Below are positions 50,550 through 60,699 of a stretch of 64,000 nucleotides of DNA, piece after piece. The notes beneath the pieces are model-generated. The model did no database searches and was not told the origin of the DNA. It worked only from the letters and a program-made list of their open reading frames with translations. The DNA lies in contig CAWHDJ010000018.1 of assembly GCA_963827955.1 (NCBI GenBank), forward strand, positions 1,053,297 through 1,117,296. The letters are read 5' to 3'. The stretch is from an uncultured delta proteobacterium (GTDB lineage Bacteria > Myxococcota_A > Polyangia > Polyangiales > Polyangiaceae). A program made the translations under genes and the position numbers. How positions within the stretch are numbered: the stretch's first letter is position 1; the number at the start of each line of letters is the position of its first letter.

Positions 50550-53494
50550 ATGACCAAAGTCCTCGTTTTCGAAAGCCGATTCGATCGTTCGCCGGGGAGC
50601 TTCGCGCCGAGCTGGGGCGCCTGGGCGCGACCGTGCAGGTGGTCGACGACGGCAACGTCGGGCTGCAGGCGGCCAGCACCGACCGGCCCGACCTCATCCT
50701 GCTCTCCATCGAGCTGCCGCGGATGAACGGGTTCTCGGTGTGCAACAAGCTGAAGAAGGACCCTCACCTCAAGGACGTGCCGCTCGTCATCATGTCGAGC
50801 GAGTCCAGCGAGGAGACCTTCGAGCAGCACCGGAAGCTGCGGACGCGGGCCGAGGACTACATCCACAAGCCGATCGCGTTCGGCGAGCTGCTGCAGCACA
50901 TCCGCGCGTTCGTCCCGCTGGAGCGACCGGCGCGGCCGACGCCGAGGGGATCGTGATCGACGACCTCGACATGGCGGTCGAAGAGGACGCCATGGCGACG
51001 ACCACGGTGCAGGCCCCGTCCCCCCTCCGCAAGTCCGCCGCCCCGCCGGCGCCCGCGCACCATGCCCCGCCCGCCGCGCCGGCCACGCTGGTGTCCCCTG
51101 CCCAGGCCGCGCACGCGCCGGCGGCGCGGATGCCGAAGGCCGACGCCGAGATCGAGGACTTCCTCGGGGGCGCGTTCGGCGACCTGCTCGCGGACGACGA
51201 AGAGGCGATGACGGCGGTGAAGCCGCTCTCCGACTTCGCCGACGTCCTCGGGCCGGCGGCACGGCTCGCGCCCGCTCCCGCTCCGTCGGCGCCGCCGCCC
51301 GTCGCCCACCCTCCGGCGGCGCCCGTCGCCAAAGGGCCGACGGTGGACAGCGGCGTCCACGGCAGGCCGGTGCGGCTCGGCCGCTGACCGCGCCCCCTCC
51401 GGCCGCGGCCGCGCCCTTCGCGTCGAAACCCATCGTGGCCTCGAAATCGAGCGCGATCGCGGCCCCGAGGGCCGCCACCGCGCCGCCGCCGGCTCCCCAG
51501 CCAGCCCCTCACCCGGCCTCCCCCGCGGCCGCTCCTGCGACCCCGCGATCCCCGTCGCCGATACGGCCGAGCTCGAGCGGCTCCGGGCGGAGCTCGAGGC
51601 GCGGACGCGCCGACGCCGAGCGGGCGCGGGCCGAGCTGGAGGAGCACACGAAGGCCGCCGAGGCGGCGCGCGCCGAGCTGGAGCGGAAGCTCGCCGAGGC
51701 GGTCGGGGAACGCGCGGAGCTTTCGCAGGCCAAGGACGAGCTCGTCAGGCTGGCGCGGGAGGCCGACCAGGCGCGGGCGACCGCCGGCCGCCTCGAGGCC
51801 GAGGTGGAGCTGGCGCGCGAGGGCGCCGCCGAGGCGGCGCGGCTGCGGCGCGAGCTCGAGGAGCTGAAGCGCGGCGCCCGCGCGGCCCCCGCGGCGCCGG
51901 TCAAGGCGGGCGCGGTGTCGAGCCGCGAGTTCCTCGATCTGCGCGAGGCGCTCAACAAGAAGGACAAGGAGATCCTCGAACGCTGCGCGACCAGCTCTCG
52001 CGCCAGCGACAAGGAGCTCATCGACGACGCGCGATCAGGGCCTCGCGCTCGAGCGCGAGAAGGCCGACCAGGAGGACAAGCTCCTCGAGCTGGAGCGCGC
52101 CAAGAACGAGCTCGAGGTCCAGGCGGAGGCCGCCGCGGCCGAGAAGGAGGCCGCCCAGCAGCGCCTCGACGCGCTCGAGGCGCGCTCGCGAGCGGGCGCG
52201 AGCAGGCCGAGGCGCGACGCCGGCCGACCGCGACGCGAGGCCCGCGAAGACGAGCGCCGCAACGCGCAGGCCTGCCGCGAAGCTGGTGCACGCGGCGGCG
52301 ATCTGCCGGGGAGCGCGGCCGCGCGCACGAGGCGGCGCTCGGCCGCCGCGGCGGCCGAAGGCGGCGGGGCGCCAGCGGCGAGGCGGCCGCCGTCGGCGGC
52401 CGAGCGCGAAGGGCAAAGGCACGCGACGCGGCGGTCGAGGGCGCCAGGGCCGAGCACCGCCGCGAGCTCGCCGCGCTGGAGGAGAAGGCGGCGCGCGCGC
52501 TCGAGGATCGCGAGGCGGCGCGCTGCGCGCCGAGATGGGCGCGAAGGAGGCGGCGGCCGCCGAGAAGCTCGCGGCCCGCGGGCGCGCGCTGGCGGAGGTG
52601 CGGGCGGCGGCGCTGGCCGAGCAGGCGGCGGCGCTGGCCGCCGAGAAGGCGAGCTCGTGGGGCGCCTCGCCGCGGGCCGGACGCGCTGGCCGAGGCGAAG
52701 GGCCGCGCGCGAAGGCGGAGGAGCGGGCGGCGTCGCCGACGCGGCGCTGGCCGCGCGGCACCGCCGAGCTGGCCGGGCTGAAGGAGATGCTCGCCGCCGC
52801 GGAGGAGGACCTGCGCGCGCACACCGCGGCGCTCTCGGAGGCGCGGGAGAAGCTGGCGGCCGCCGAGAAGCGATTCTCGCGGCGCCGCACGGCGGAGCGC
52901 GACGCGCTCGGCGTCGACCTCGAGAAGCGGGCGGCGGAGCGCGACGGGTTCCGGGCCGACCTCGACGCGCGGACGGCGGAGCGCGACGGGCTGCGGGCGG
53001 ACCTGGAGAGCTCGACGGGGAGCTGGGCGACCGCACCCGCGAGCGCGACGGGCTGCGCGTCGACCTCGCCCAGCGCACCGAGGAGCGCGAGGCTCGGCCG
53101 GCGAGCTGGAGACGCGTACGCGTGAGCGCGACGGCCTGCGCATCGATTTCGACGCGCGCACCGCGCGAGCGCGACGGCCTCCAGGGCGAGCTGGACGCGA
53201 CCCGCGACCGGCTCGAGGCCGCGGAGCAGAAGGCGGCGGTGCGCGAGGCCGACCTCGGCGGCCCGGACCGAGGAGCGCGATCAGCTCCAGGGCGAGCTGG
53301 CGAGCCGCACCGACGAGCGCGACGCCGCCCGCGGCGAGAGGCGAGCGGCTCGCCGCCGCTCGCCCGCGAGGGGCCCGGCTCGAGAAGGCGCGCGTCCGCT
53401 GGGGCGAGGACCGGCAGGCGCTCGATGCGGCGCGGAGGCGCTCGCCGCCGTGGCGGCGCAGATCGAGGCGGCCGCCGAGCGCCCCATCGAGTGA
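50550..53494 (+). CDS. Response-regulator receiver domain, then a Pro/Ala-rich linker, then a long coiled-coil. This is a FrzS/AglZ-like architecture. Many frame changes are needed.
   Basis: Receiver: MTKVLVFES... then ELRAELGRLGATVQVVDDGNVGLQAASTDRPDLILLSIELPRMNGFSVCNKLKKDPHLKDVPLVIMSSE...DYIHKPIAF. Coiled-coil: ELERKLAEAVGERAELSQAKDELVRLAREADQARATAGRLEAEVELAREGAAEAARLRRELEELKRG, with later periodic units of the form R-T-x-E-R-D-G-L-R-x-D-L. Terminal IEAAAERPIE* ends at 53494. Confidence 0.5.
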
Positions 53495-53593
53495 CCGCGG
53501 ACGGACGGGCGCCGGCTGCGCACGTTTTCGACGCGGGGGGTCTGAATAACGGTGCCGGTCGTCCGTCAACGTACCGGAGGAAGAGCCAACCCC

Positions 53594-54175
53594 ATGAAAC
53601 GCTATCGAGCGCCCATCGCCGCCGCCGGGATGCTTCTGCTTTCGCTCGCGGCCCTCACGGCCTGCAAGCGGCACCACAAAGACCAGGGGCCCGGGTCCGA
53701 CGAGGACACGGATTCCCCTCCCGCCGCCACGGTGGCCGTCGCCGCGACCGTGACGCCCACCGCCGTGGCCGCGACCGCGACCGCCGCGGTCGACGACCCG
53801 CCGCCGCCGGCGGCCGACGTGCCAGATCCGCCCGCGCCGCAGCCGGAGGAGCAGGGCAAGCCCCCGAGCAAGGATCACATCTGGGTTCCCGGCTACTGGC
53901 ACTGGACGGGGGCCCGCTACACGTGGATCTCGGGGCGCTGGACGTTCCGGGTCGCGACGACGCGGCCGCCGCCCCCCAAGGTCGAGGTGCCCATCGGCCC
54001 GGCGCCGAGCCGGCGTCACGTGTGGGTCCGGGGGTACTGGAAGTGGGACGGCCGGCAGTATGTCTGGATCAACGGCTACTGGGACCTCCGCGTCGGCGGC
54101 GGCCGGTGGGTCGACGGGCACTGGGACGAGCGGGGTGGCCGCTGGTTCTGGGAGCCCGGGCACTGGACGCGGTAG
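53594..54175 (+). CDS. Lipoprotein with YxW(I/V)xG(Y/R)W repeats.
   Basis: MKRYRAPIAAAGMLLLSLAALTAC, then HIWVPGYWHWTGARYTWISGRWT, HVWVRGYWKWDGRQYVWINGYWD and WVDGHWDERGGRWFWEPGHWTR. Confidence 0.6.
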   Translation: MKRYRAPIAAAGMLLLSLAALTACKRHHKDQGPGSDEDTDSPPAATVAVAATVTPTAVAATATAAVDDPPPPAADVPDPPAPQPEEQGKPPSKDHIWVPGYWHWTGARYTWISGRWTFRVATTRPPPPKVEVPIGPAPSRRHVWVRGYWKWDGRQYVWINGYWDLRVGGGRWVDGHWDERGGRWFWEPGHWTR

Positions 54176-54184
54176 CGCGCCTCC

Positions 54185-54600
54185 TCAGCTCTCCAGCGCT
54201 CCGCGCGGAAGGCGTCCGGGAGGAGCGCCTCGAGCGAGGTGAGTCCGGGGGCGGCGGCGTTGTCCGCGACCAGCAGGCGGATGGGGAGTCGTGCGCGAAC
54301 TCGGCCAGCGTCTGCCGGCACGCGCCGCACGGGGTGCCGAGCACGGGGCCCGCGCGTCACCACGACGATGGCCGCCGGGTCGCGCTCGCCGGCGGCGACC
54401 ATCTGCACGATGGCGGATCGCTCGGCGCAGATCGCCGAGCCCGTACGACGCGTTCTCGACGTTGCAGCCGGCGAAGACGGACGCCCGACGCCACCTGCAG
54501 CGCCGCGCCGACGTGGTAGCGCGAGTAGGGCGCGTGGGCGCGCCGCTGCACGGCGCGAGCGCGCGCGCTCGAGCGCGGGCCCAGTCGATCACGCGCCCAC
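54185..54600 (-). CDS. cdd: Cytidine deaminase, reconstructed across at least three frames.
   Basis: APYSRYHVGAAL (ORF 54357..54734), FAGCNVENASYGLG (573-aa ORF) and TPCGACRQTLAEFA...LLPDAF (ORFs 54069..54344 and 54076..54408). Together these match the cytidine deaminase zinc-binding motifs. Confidence 0.5.
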
Positions 54601-54619
54601 CGCCGCGCCGACGCGGCGG

Positions 54620-55446
54620 ACCCACGCCGAGAGCAGCGCGGTGAAGCGCTCCCGGCCTTCGCTTCGCCGTGGCCTCGACCTCGCTGTGGTCGAGCTTGGT
54701 CGGCGAGAGGCCGGCCGCCAGGTTGGTGATGCACGAGACCGCCGCCGCGCGCACGCCCATGTGGCGGAGCGCGATGACCTCGGGCACCGTGCTCATGCCC
54801 ACCGCGTCGGCGCCCAGCGTGCGCAGCATGCGGATCTCGGCGGGCGTCTCGTACGTCGGCCCGAGCAGGCCCGCGTAGACGCCCTCGCGCAGCGCGACGC
54901 CGGTCTCCCGCGCGGCGACGCGCGCCAGCTCGGAGAGCTCGCGGTCGTACGCCTCGGTCATGTCGGGGAAGCGGGGCCCGAGCGCCGCCTCGTTGGGGCC
55001 GGCGAGCGGGTTCTTGCCCATCAGGTTGAGGTGGTCGGTGACGAGCATCAGGTCGCCCGGGCGTCCACGCCGGCGTCGAGCCCGCCCGCGGCGTTGGTGA
55101 GCAGCACGGCGCGGCAGCCGAGCCGGGCGAGCAGGCGGACGCCGAACACGACGCGCTCGGGGTCGTGCCCCTCGTAGAGGTGGACGCGCCCCTGGAGGCA
55201 GGCCACCGGGACGCCCCCGGCCTGGCCCAGGCAGAGGTTCCCCGCGTGGCCGACGACGGTGGAGCGGGCCATGTGGGGGATCTCCGCGTAGGGGATCCGG
55301 GTCAGCGAGCCGAGGCCGTCGGCCCAGGCGCCCAGCCCGGAGCCCAGCACCACGCCGACGGCCGGCGGCCCGGGTCCCCCGGCGCGCGCACGGCCGCGGA
55401 CCGCCTCGTCGAGCTCTTCGATCACGCTCATGGTCTGGAGGCTCAT
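54620..55446 (-). CDS. Purine nucleoside phosphorylase (PNP/DeoD family II), with a frameshift near 55060.
   Basis: N-terminus in ORF 55048..55446: MSVIEELDEAVRG...VGVVLGSGLG...VVGHAGNL..GQAGGVPVACLQGRVHLYEG...LLTNAAGGL. C-terminus in the 573-aa ORF: VTDHLNLMGKNPLAGPNEAALGPRFPDMTEAYD...GVYAGLLGPTYETPAEIRMLRTLGADAVGMSTVPEVIALRHMGVRAAAVSCITNLAAG. Confidence 0.7.
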
Positions 55447-55574
55447 ACCGCGGCGCGGCGCGCGAAGTGCGAAGCCGTGTTCCGGGCCGATCGCAAGACC
55501 GTTCGCTGGTGCGAAGCCGGAAGGCTCGTGCTAGCTTCGCCGCCCCTTTCCGCCGGTGGTGAAACGAGACGAGC

Positions 55575-55955
55575 ATGGCTACCAAGATCGAAGACTTCCT
55601 CAAGGAGAAGAAGATTGACCCCCGCCGCATCCTCGTGGCGTCCGCCGAGCTCGAGCGGCTGCGCCTGGAGGATCGCCAGAATCCGGCTCGCCAAGCGGGC
55701 AGCCCGGAAGAGCGAGGACCCGGCGAAGAAGAAGGAGGGGCTCGCCGCGCAAGAAGCCCCGCAGCGGTCGCCCGGTGACGCAGGAGGCGATCCACGCCGC
55801 CTTCGCCGGCAAGCACCATCAGCGGCCCGCAGAAGACGCGGATCCTGCGCGCGCTCAACCACGTCCTCGCGCAGAAGAAGCAGGACGAGATTGAGCTGGC
55901 CGCCATCTTCGAGCCGACGCCCCGGCCGAAGAAGGTCGTCGAGAAGGCCGAGTAG
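55575..55955 (+). CDS. Small basic hypothetical protein, reconstructed from three frames.
   Basis: MATKIEDFLKEKKIDPRRILVASAELERLRLEDR... then ...RLAKRAARKSEDPAKKKEGLAA... then ...TISGPQKTRILRALNHVLAQKKQDEIELAAIFEPTPRPKKVVEKAE*. Confidence 0.35.
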
Positions 55956-56460
55956 CCCGCCCCGGCTCAGTCGGTGACGATGGGGGAGACCCCATACCCC
56001 CGGCCCACTCGGCCGGCCCCTACCCCTTGAGCTTCGCCCGGCCGGTGTCGTTCGGCCTGTTGGTGAGGTCGAGGAGGTCGGCTGCCACGAGCGCGAGGAG
56101 CAATCCGGCGGCGATGATGAGCATGCGCCGACCCTCGCTCAAAAAAGCGCACAGGAACAACTTTGGTGCGCCACGTCGCGTCAAGCCGTCCGTGACGCAG
56201 CCGTGCCTCGCCTGCCGTTTCCGGTGAATGAAGCGTGTCGCCCCTGCAACGTAAGCAGGCGTGGAGTCGGTGCTTGCATTGCCGCGGTCGGGTGTGGAGC
56301 CGCCCCCAGGGGCGCCCCCAAGTCCCAGACACGCCTGTCCCTTGTCCCCCGTCCTCCGAGCCCCGGGCCTGCTCAGGGTCCAGCGCGGCCCCGGCCAGCG
56401 GCGGTGCCTCCCCCGGCTCCCTCTACAATCTCGCGGACACCGGCGCAGGTCGGTAGGCTG

Positions 56461-57045
56461 GTGGGTGTGACCGAAGCCCACGACGTGGACGATGTGGTCG
56501 CGCGGGCGCAGCGTGGCGATCGCGCGGCGTTCGCGGAGCTGTTCCGGCGCCATCGCGGCGACGTCTCGCGCCTCGTCTTCCGGATGCTCGGGCCCCTCGG
56601 CCGACTCCGAGGACGTGGTGCAGGAGGTCTTCCTCCAGGTGCACAAGAGCCTGGCGGAGTTTCGCGGCCAGGCGAAGTTCAGCACCTGGCTGCACCGGGT
56701 CACGGTGAACGTGGTGCTCATGGTGCGGCGCGCCGCGCGGAGCCGGCCGGTGTTCGCGGGCGAGGCGGTGGAGGACCAGGAGCCCGACCGGGGGCTGCTC
56801 CCGGACGAGGACGCGGCGCGTCGCGCGCGGATGGAGGCGTTCCGCCGGCTGCTCGACCGGCTCCCGGAGAAGAAGCGGACGGTGTTCGTCCTGCACGAGA
56901 TCGAGGGGCTCGCCCCGGTGGAGATCGCCGAGATCGTCGACGCGCCGGTGCTCACGGTGCGCACGCGCCTCTTCTACGCGCGCCGCGAGCTCGCCGAGAT
57001 GATGCGGACGGAGCCGACGCTCGCGCAGCTCACGGAGGAGCTGCG
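56461..57045 (+). CDS. ECF sigma factor, with a GTG start and a frameshift near 56600.
   Basis: VARAQRGDRAAFAELFRRHRGDVSRLVFRML then EDVVQEVFLQVHKSLAEFRGQAKFSTWLHRVTVNVVL (region 2) and TVFVLHEIEGLAPVEIAEIVDAPVLTVRTRLFYARRELAEM (region 4). Confidence 0.7.
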
Positions 57046-57059
57046 GCCAGCGCGGAGAG

Positions 57060-58476
57060 GCCCAGAGGTCAGCGGAAACGGAGGCAACGTGAGCCAGACG
57101 CACGACGAGATCCGCGCGCTGCGCGTGATGGTGGAGGAGCTCCGGGCGGAGCCCGTGCCCGAGCTCCGCTGGGACGCCATCGAGCAGCGCCTGCTCTCCA
57201 GCATCGCTGCCCATCCTGGAGCGCGCCCGGGAGCGCGCTCCGACGAGCTGACCCACGGCCGCGTGGCCTCCGGCGGCTTGCACGGCGCGCTGCGGGTGCC
57301 CAGCCCGCTCGTCCGCGTCGTCGGCTTCGCCGCCGCCGCGGCCGCGCTGGCGCTGGGCATCGGATCGATCGCGGGCTCGGGCGCGATGCCCGCGGCCTCG
57401 GCGAAGGCACACCACCGGGTCGAGGTCGCCTCCATCGGCATGGAGCCCGGCAACGCCCACGCCCGGGACCTCTCCGCCCTGCGCGCCGGCGACGTGGTGG
57501 AGGCGGGCGACACGCCCGTCCAGCTTCGGCCGCGCAGGGCTCGCGACCTGGACGCTGACGTCCGGGTCCGCGGTGCGCGTGATCTCCACGGGCGACGCCG
57601 CGTCCGGGCGTCGGGTACACGGTCGCGCTCGAGCGCGGCGCGATCCGCGCCGAGGTCACGCCGCGCGATCCCTCGGAGGGCCTGGTCGAGGCCTTCGCCG
57701 TCGAGGTGGGAGGGACGCGCGTGGCGGTGCACGGGACGGCTTTCTCGGTGAAGATCGACGGCGACCGGGCCATCGTCGACGTGGAGCACGGCGCGGTGGC
57801 GGTCGGCCCCGTCGGCCACGTAGGCGAGACCTCCGGGCACCTCCTGGTCGGCCCCTCGCGCGCGACGTTCTCGCTCGACGGCGGTCGGAGCGCGCGCCTG
57901 CTCAATCGCCAGAGCAGGCTGCTCACTGCGAGCGAGCTCGAGATGGCCGAGCCCGTCGCGCTGGACGGCTCCCGCACGGCGGCCTCGAAGCCCCTCGGCC
58001 AGCCCTCGGCGCTGGTCGCGGCGGTGGACGCTCCGGCGGCCGTCGAGCCGGTCACGATGGGGGGAGACCCCCCATACCCCCCGGCCCAGCCGGAGGTTCG
58101 CACCGCGTCGACCGCCCCGACCCCGAGGCTGCCGACTGCGCACGCCCCGGCCGTCGAGAAGGCGGAGGCCCACCCCGCTGCCGTTCCGCCCACCACCGAG
58201 GCTCCTCCCGAGCCCCCGCGGCTGAGCGTCGCGTCCGTGCAGGCCCGTCTCAACCGGTGTGCGCGCCTGAACTACGGCTCCGGCGGGAGCGGGGACTCGG
58301 TCACCACGATCTCCGGCACGTTCCGGATCGACGTGAACCCCGACGGCAGCATCCGGAGCATGCGCGTCGAGCCGCCGATGAAGCCCGAGATGATGGGCTG
58401 CGTGGGCGCCTCCGTCAGCGGCCTCTTCCCGGAGAACACCGGGCACCTGGACATCCCGTTCTCGTTCCAGCCCTAG
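57060..58476 (+). CDS. Anti-sigma factor with a transmembrane helix and a FecR-like periplasmic domain. There are frame changes near 57560-57720.
   Basis: TM: LVRVVGFAAAAAALALGIGSIAG. FecR-like: TLTSGSAVRVISTGDAASG...YTVALERGAIRAEVTPRD...VEVGGTRVAVHGTAFSVKIDGDRAIVDVEHGAVAV. The boundary with the sigma gene is unresolved because no in-frame stop is seen. Confidence 0.5.
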
Positions 58477-58493
58477 TTTCCGCGGCCGCGCGC

Positions 58494-60686
58494 TCAACCC
58501 TCCGAGATCGTCCGCACCCCCGCCGCGCGCAGCACCTCCCGCGGCGGGATGCTCCCGATCATCACGAGCGCCGCGTCCCACCCCATCGAGGCTTCCCCTT
58601 CCGGCCCGCGCAGCGTGAGGTGGTCGGCCGCGAGCGCGGCGACCTCCGTCCGCAGGTGGAGCGCCACGCGCCCCGCGTCGACGAGCCGCTTCACCTCCGC
58701 GATGTTGCGCGCCTTCCCTCGCGCAAAGCCCTCGCCGCGGTGGACGAGGGTCACGCGCGTGCCCGGCTGGCGCGAGAGCGCGACGGCGGCCTCCATCGCC
58801 ACGTCCCCGAGCCCGACCACGACCACGCGCATCCCCTCGAAGCTCCTCGCGTCCGCCAGGTGGTAGTGCACGCGCGCTTCGACCTCGGGGGCGAGCGGGA
58901 AGCCGAGCCGGCGCGGCGATCCGCGCTGGCCGATGGCGAGCAGCACGCGCCGCGCCCGGATCACCTCGGTCGCGCCGCCCTCGCGCGGCGCGACCGTGAC
59001 GAGGAACCCGCCGTCGTCCCTGGCGAGGTCCGTCATGCGCGTGTCCTCGCGGATGGGCAGCCGCGCCTGCCGCACGATGCGCAGCCAGTGCGAGAGCAGC
59101 TCCTCCTTCGTCGACTCTCGCAGCCAGAGCTTGCCCGTCACCGGCAGCTCGAGAGGCTGGTCGAAGACCAGCTTGCCGCGCGGGAAGCTCCGGATGCTCT
59201 GCGCGACGCTCCCCTGCTCGATCACCTGCAGAGAGAGCCCGAGCTCGCCCGCGCGGAGCGCCGCGCTGATGCCCGCCGGCCCCGCGCCCACGATCAAGAG
59301 GTCGAGCGCGCCTCCGCCGCGCGCCCGGTCGCCGGCGCCGAGGCTCGCGGCGACGCGCTCGGCGGCGCGGGCGCCCTGCAGGATGGCGTTCTTGATGAGC
59401 GGGAGGCCGGTGACGTCTCCGGCCAGGTAGAGGCCGGGCACGTCGAGGCTGTCGAGGTCTGCGCCGAGGCGTGGGCGGTCGCCGATGGGCTCGCCGTCGG
59501 CGATGCGCAGCGACCCGTTCGGGCAGCGCTGCTCGCAGAGCGTGAGGCCACAGCAGGCGTCGGGGCGCACCACGACGGCGACGTAACGCTCGACGTCGAT
59601 GACGTCGTAGGGGCAGGCGTCGACGCACGCGTAGCAGCCGAGGCACGTGCTGGTGTCGATCTGCGGCAGGCGCACCCGGGGCGCGGCCTCGGGGACGGTG
59701 GAGGGCGCGGGCCGCCTCCGCCTGCGTCGCAGCGCGTCGGCGCCGCGGACGCAGGCGAACGCGAGCGCGGCGGCGCCGAGCCCCGTCGAGAGCCCGATCC
59801 ACGCGCCCCCCGCGGACGCCGACGCGCGGACCACCGGCACCAGGGCCGCCGCCTCGCGCGCCGCGTCCCAGGCGACGGCGCGGTCCTGCGTGTGGTTGCC
59901 CGCGCAGACGGCGCCGCCGCGATCGCCCTCGCCGGGCCTGCGCCGGCCGCCCGCATCGTCAAGAGCCCTCAGCGGGGGTTTGGGGGCGAAGCCCCCATCG
60001 TCGGCAGGGAGCGCGGGGGTGTGCTCGTCGAAGCAGACGACGGGGCGGGCGTCGCCGAGCGCCTCCTGCCCGTGGAGGAAGCAGCGGGCGATCGGGTCGT
60101 TCGGCGAGGCGACGTCGTGGCAGGGCTTGCAGCTCCCGGCGCTGGGGATCGCCACCGTGGCGCGGCGCGCCGGGTGGAAGCCGACGCCGGCGACCTCGAC
60201 CTCGGCCCCGGGGGCGAAGCGAACCGGGGTGGCATCGGGCGCGAAGACGACGCCCTGGTCGCCGAGGTGGATGGGGTGGCAGGTGGCGCAGGTCATGGTG
60301 CCGCGCGCGAGGGCCGCGGTGTGGCCGCGGCGGATGGACGAGTGCGCGCCGTGGCAGCCCTTGCAGGCGGCGCTCGCGGGCGGGGCGGCGCGATCGCCCG
60401 GGCCGGCGCCGGTGTGGCACGCGCTGCACGAGAGCTGCGCGTCGAGGTGGGGACGCGAGAGCGGGCCGGGGGCGCCGCCCGTGCCCGGCGGGGAGACGAG
60501 GCGCACGGCGATGAACGCGGCGGCGCCGCCTGCGACGGCGGCGGCGAGCACGCCCCGGAAGCGGCTGACGTCCGAGGTGGGCTCCGCGCGCGCGACGGCG
60601 CGGCCCCGGGCGCGGGGCAGGGGGAGCGCCGCGCGATCGCGGGCGTCGGAGAGGCCGGCGGTGAAGAGGGACTTGTCCGAGGGCAT
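58494..60686 (-). CDS. Multi-domain redox protein with an N-terminal TM anchor, four CxxCH heme-c motifs, a second TM helix, a 4Fe-4S ferredoxin module and an FAD/NAD(P)-binding pyridine-nucleotide-disulfide-oxidoreductase-like domain.
   Basis: Internal Met at 60686 (MPSDKSL...GVLAAAVAGGAAAFIAVRLV). Heme motifs: CSACH, CKGCH, CATCH, CKPCH. TM: GLGAAALAFACV. Ferredoxin: CLGCYACVDACP...CEQRCP. FAD fold: LLIVGAGPAGISAAL...VVVVGLGDVAMEAAVAL. The 86 codons upstream, from the ORF start at 60944, are read from the 21-mer repeat array and are treated as non-coding. Confidence 0.6.
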   Translation of the reverse strand: MPSDKSLFTAGLSDARDRAALPLPRARGRAVARAEPTSDVSRFRGVLAAAVAGGAAAFIAVRLVSPPGTGGAPGPLSRPHLDAQLSCSACHTGAGPGDRAAPPASAACKGCHGAHSSIRRGHTAALARGTMTCATCHPIHLGDQGVVFAPDATPVRFAPGAEVEVAGVGFHPARRATVAIPSAGSCKPCHDVASPNDPIARCFLHGQEALGDARPVVCFDEHTPALPADDGGFAPKPPLRALDDAGGRRRPGEGDRGGAVCAGNHTQDRAVAWDAAREAAALVPVVRASASAGGAWIGLSTGLGAAALAFACVRGADALRRRRRRPAPSTVPEAAPRVRLPQIDTSTCLGCYACVDACPYDVIDVERYVAVVVRPDACCGLTLCEQRCPNGSLRIADGEPIGDRPRLGADLDSLDVPGLYLAGDVTGLPLIKNAILQGARAAERVAASLGAGDRARGGGALDLLIVGAGPAGISAALRAGELGLSLQVIEQGSVAQSIRSFPRGKLVFDQPLELPVTGKLWLRESTKEELLSHWLRIVRQARLPIREDTRMTDLARDDGGFLVTVAPREGGATEVIRARRVLLAIGQRGSPRRLGFPLAPEVEARVHYHLADARSFEGMRVVVVGLGDVAMEAAVALSRQPGTRVTLVHRGEGFARGKARNIAEVKRLVDAGRVALHLRTEVAALAADHLTLRGPEGEASMGWDAALVMIGSIPPREVLRAAGVRTISEG

Positions 60687-60699
60687 CCGCGACCGAGCG

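Noticed and set aside
51509-54163. 884-aa minus-strand ORF and several Arg-rich ORFs (52018..52890, 52035..53078) opposite the coiled-coil gene.
   Set aside because: Antisense of Glu/Arg/Ala/Leu coiled-coil codons, which are intrinsically stop-free on the opposite strand.
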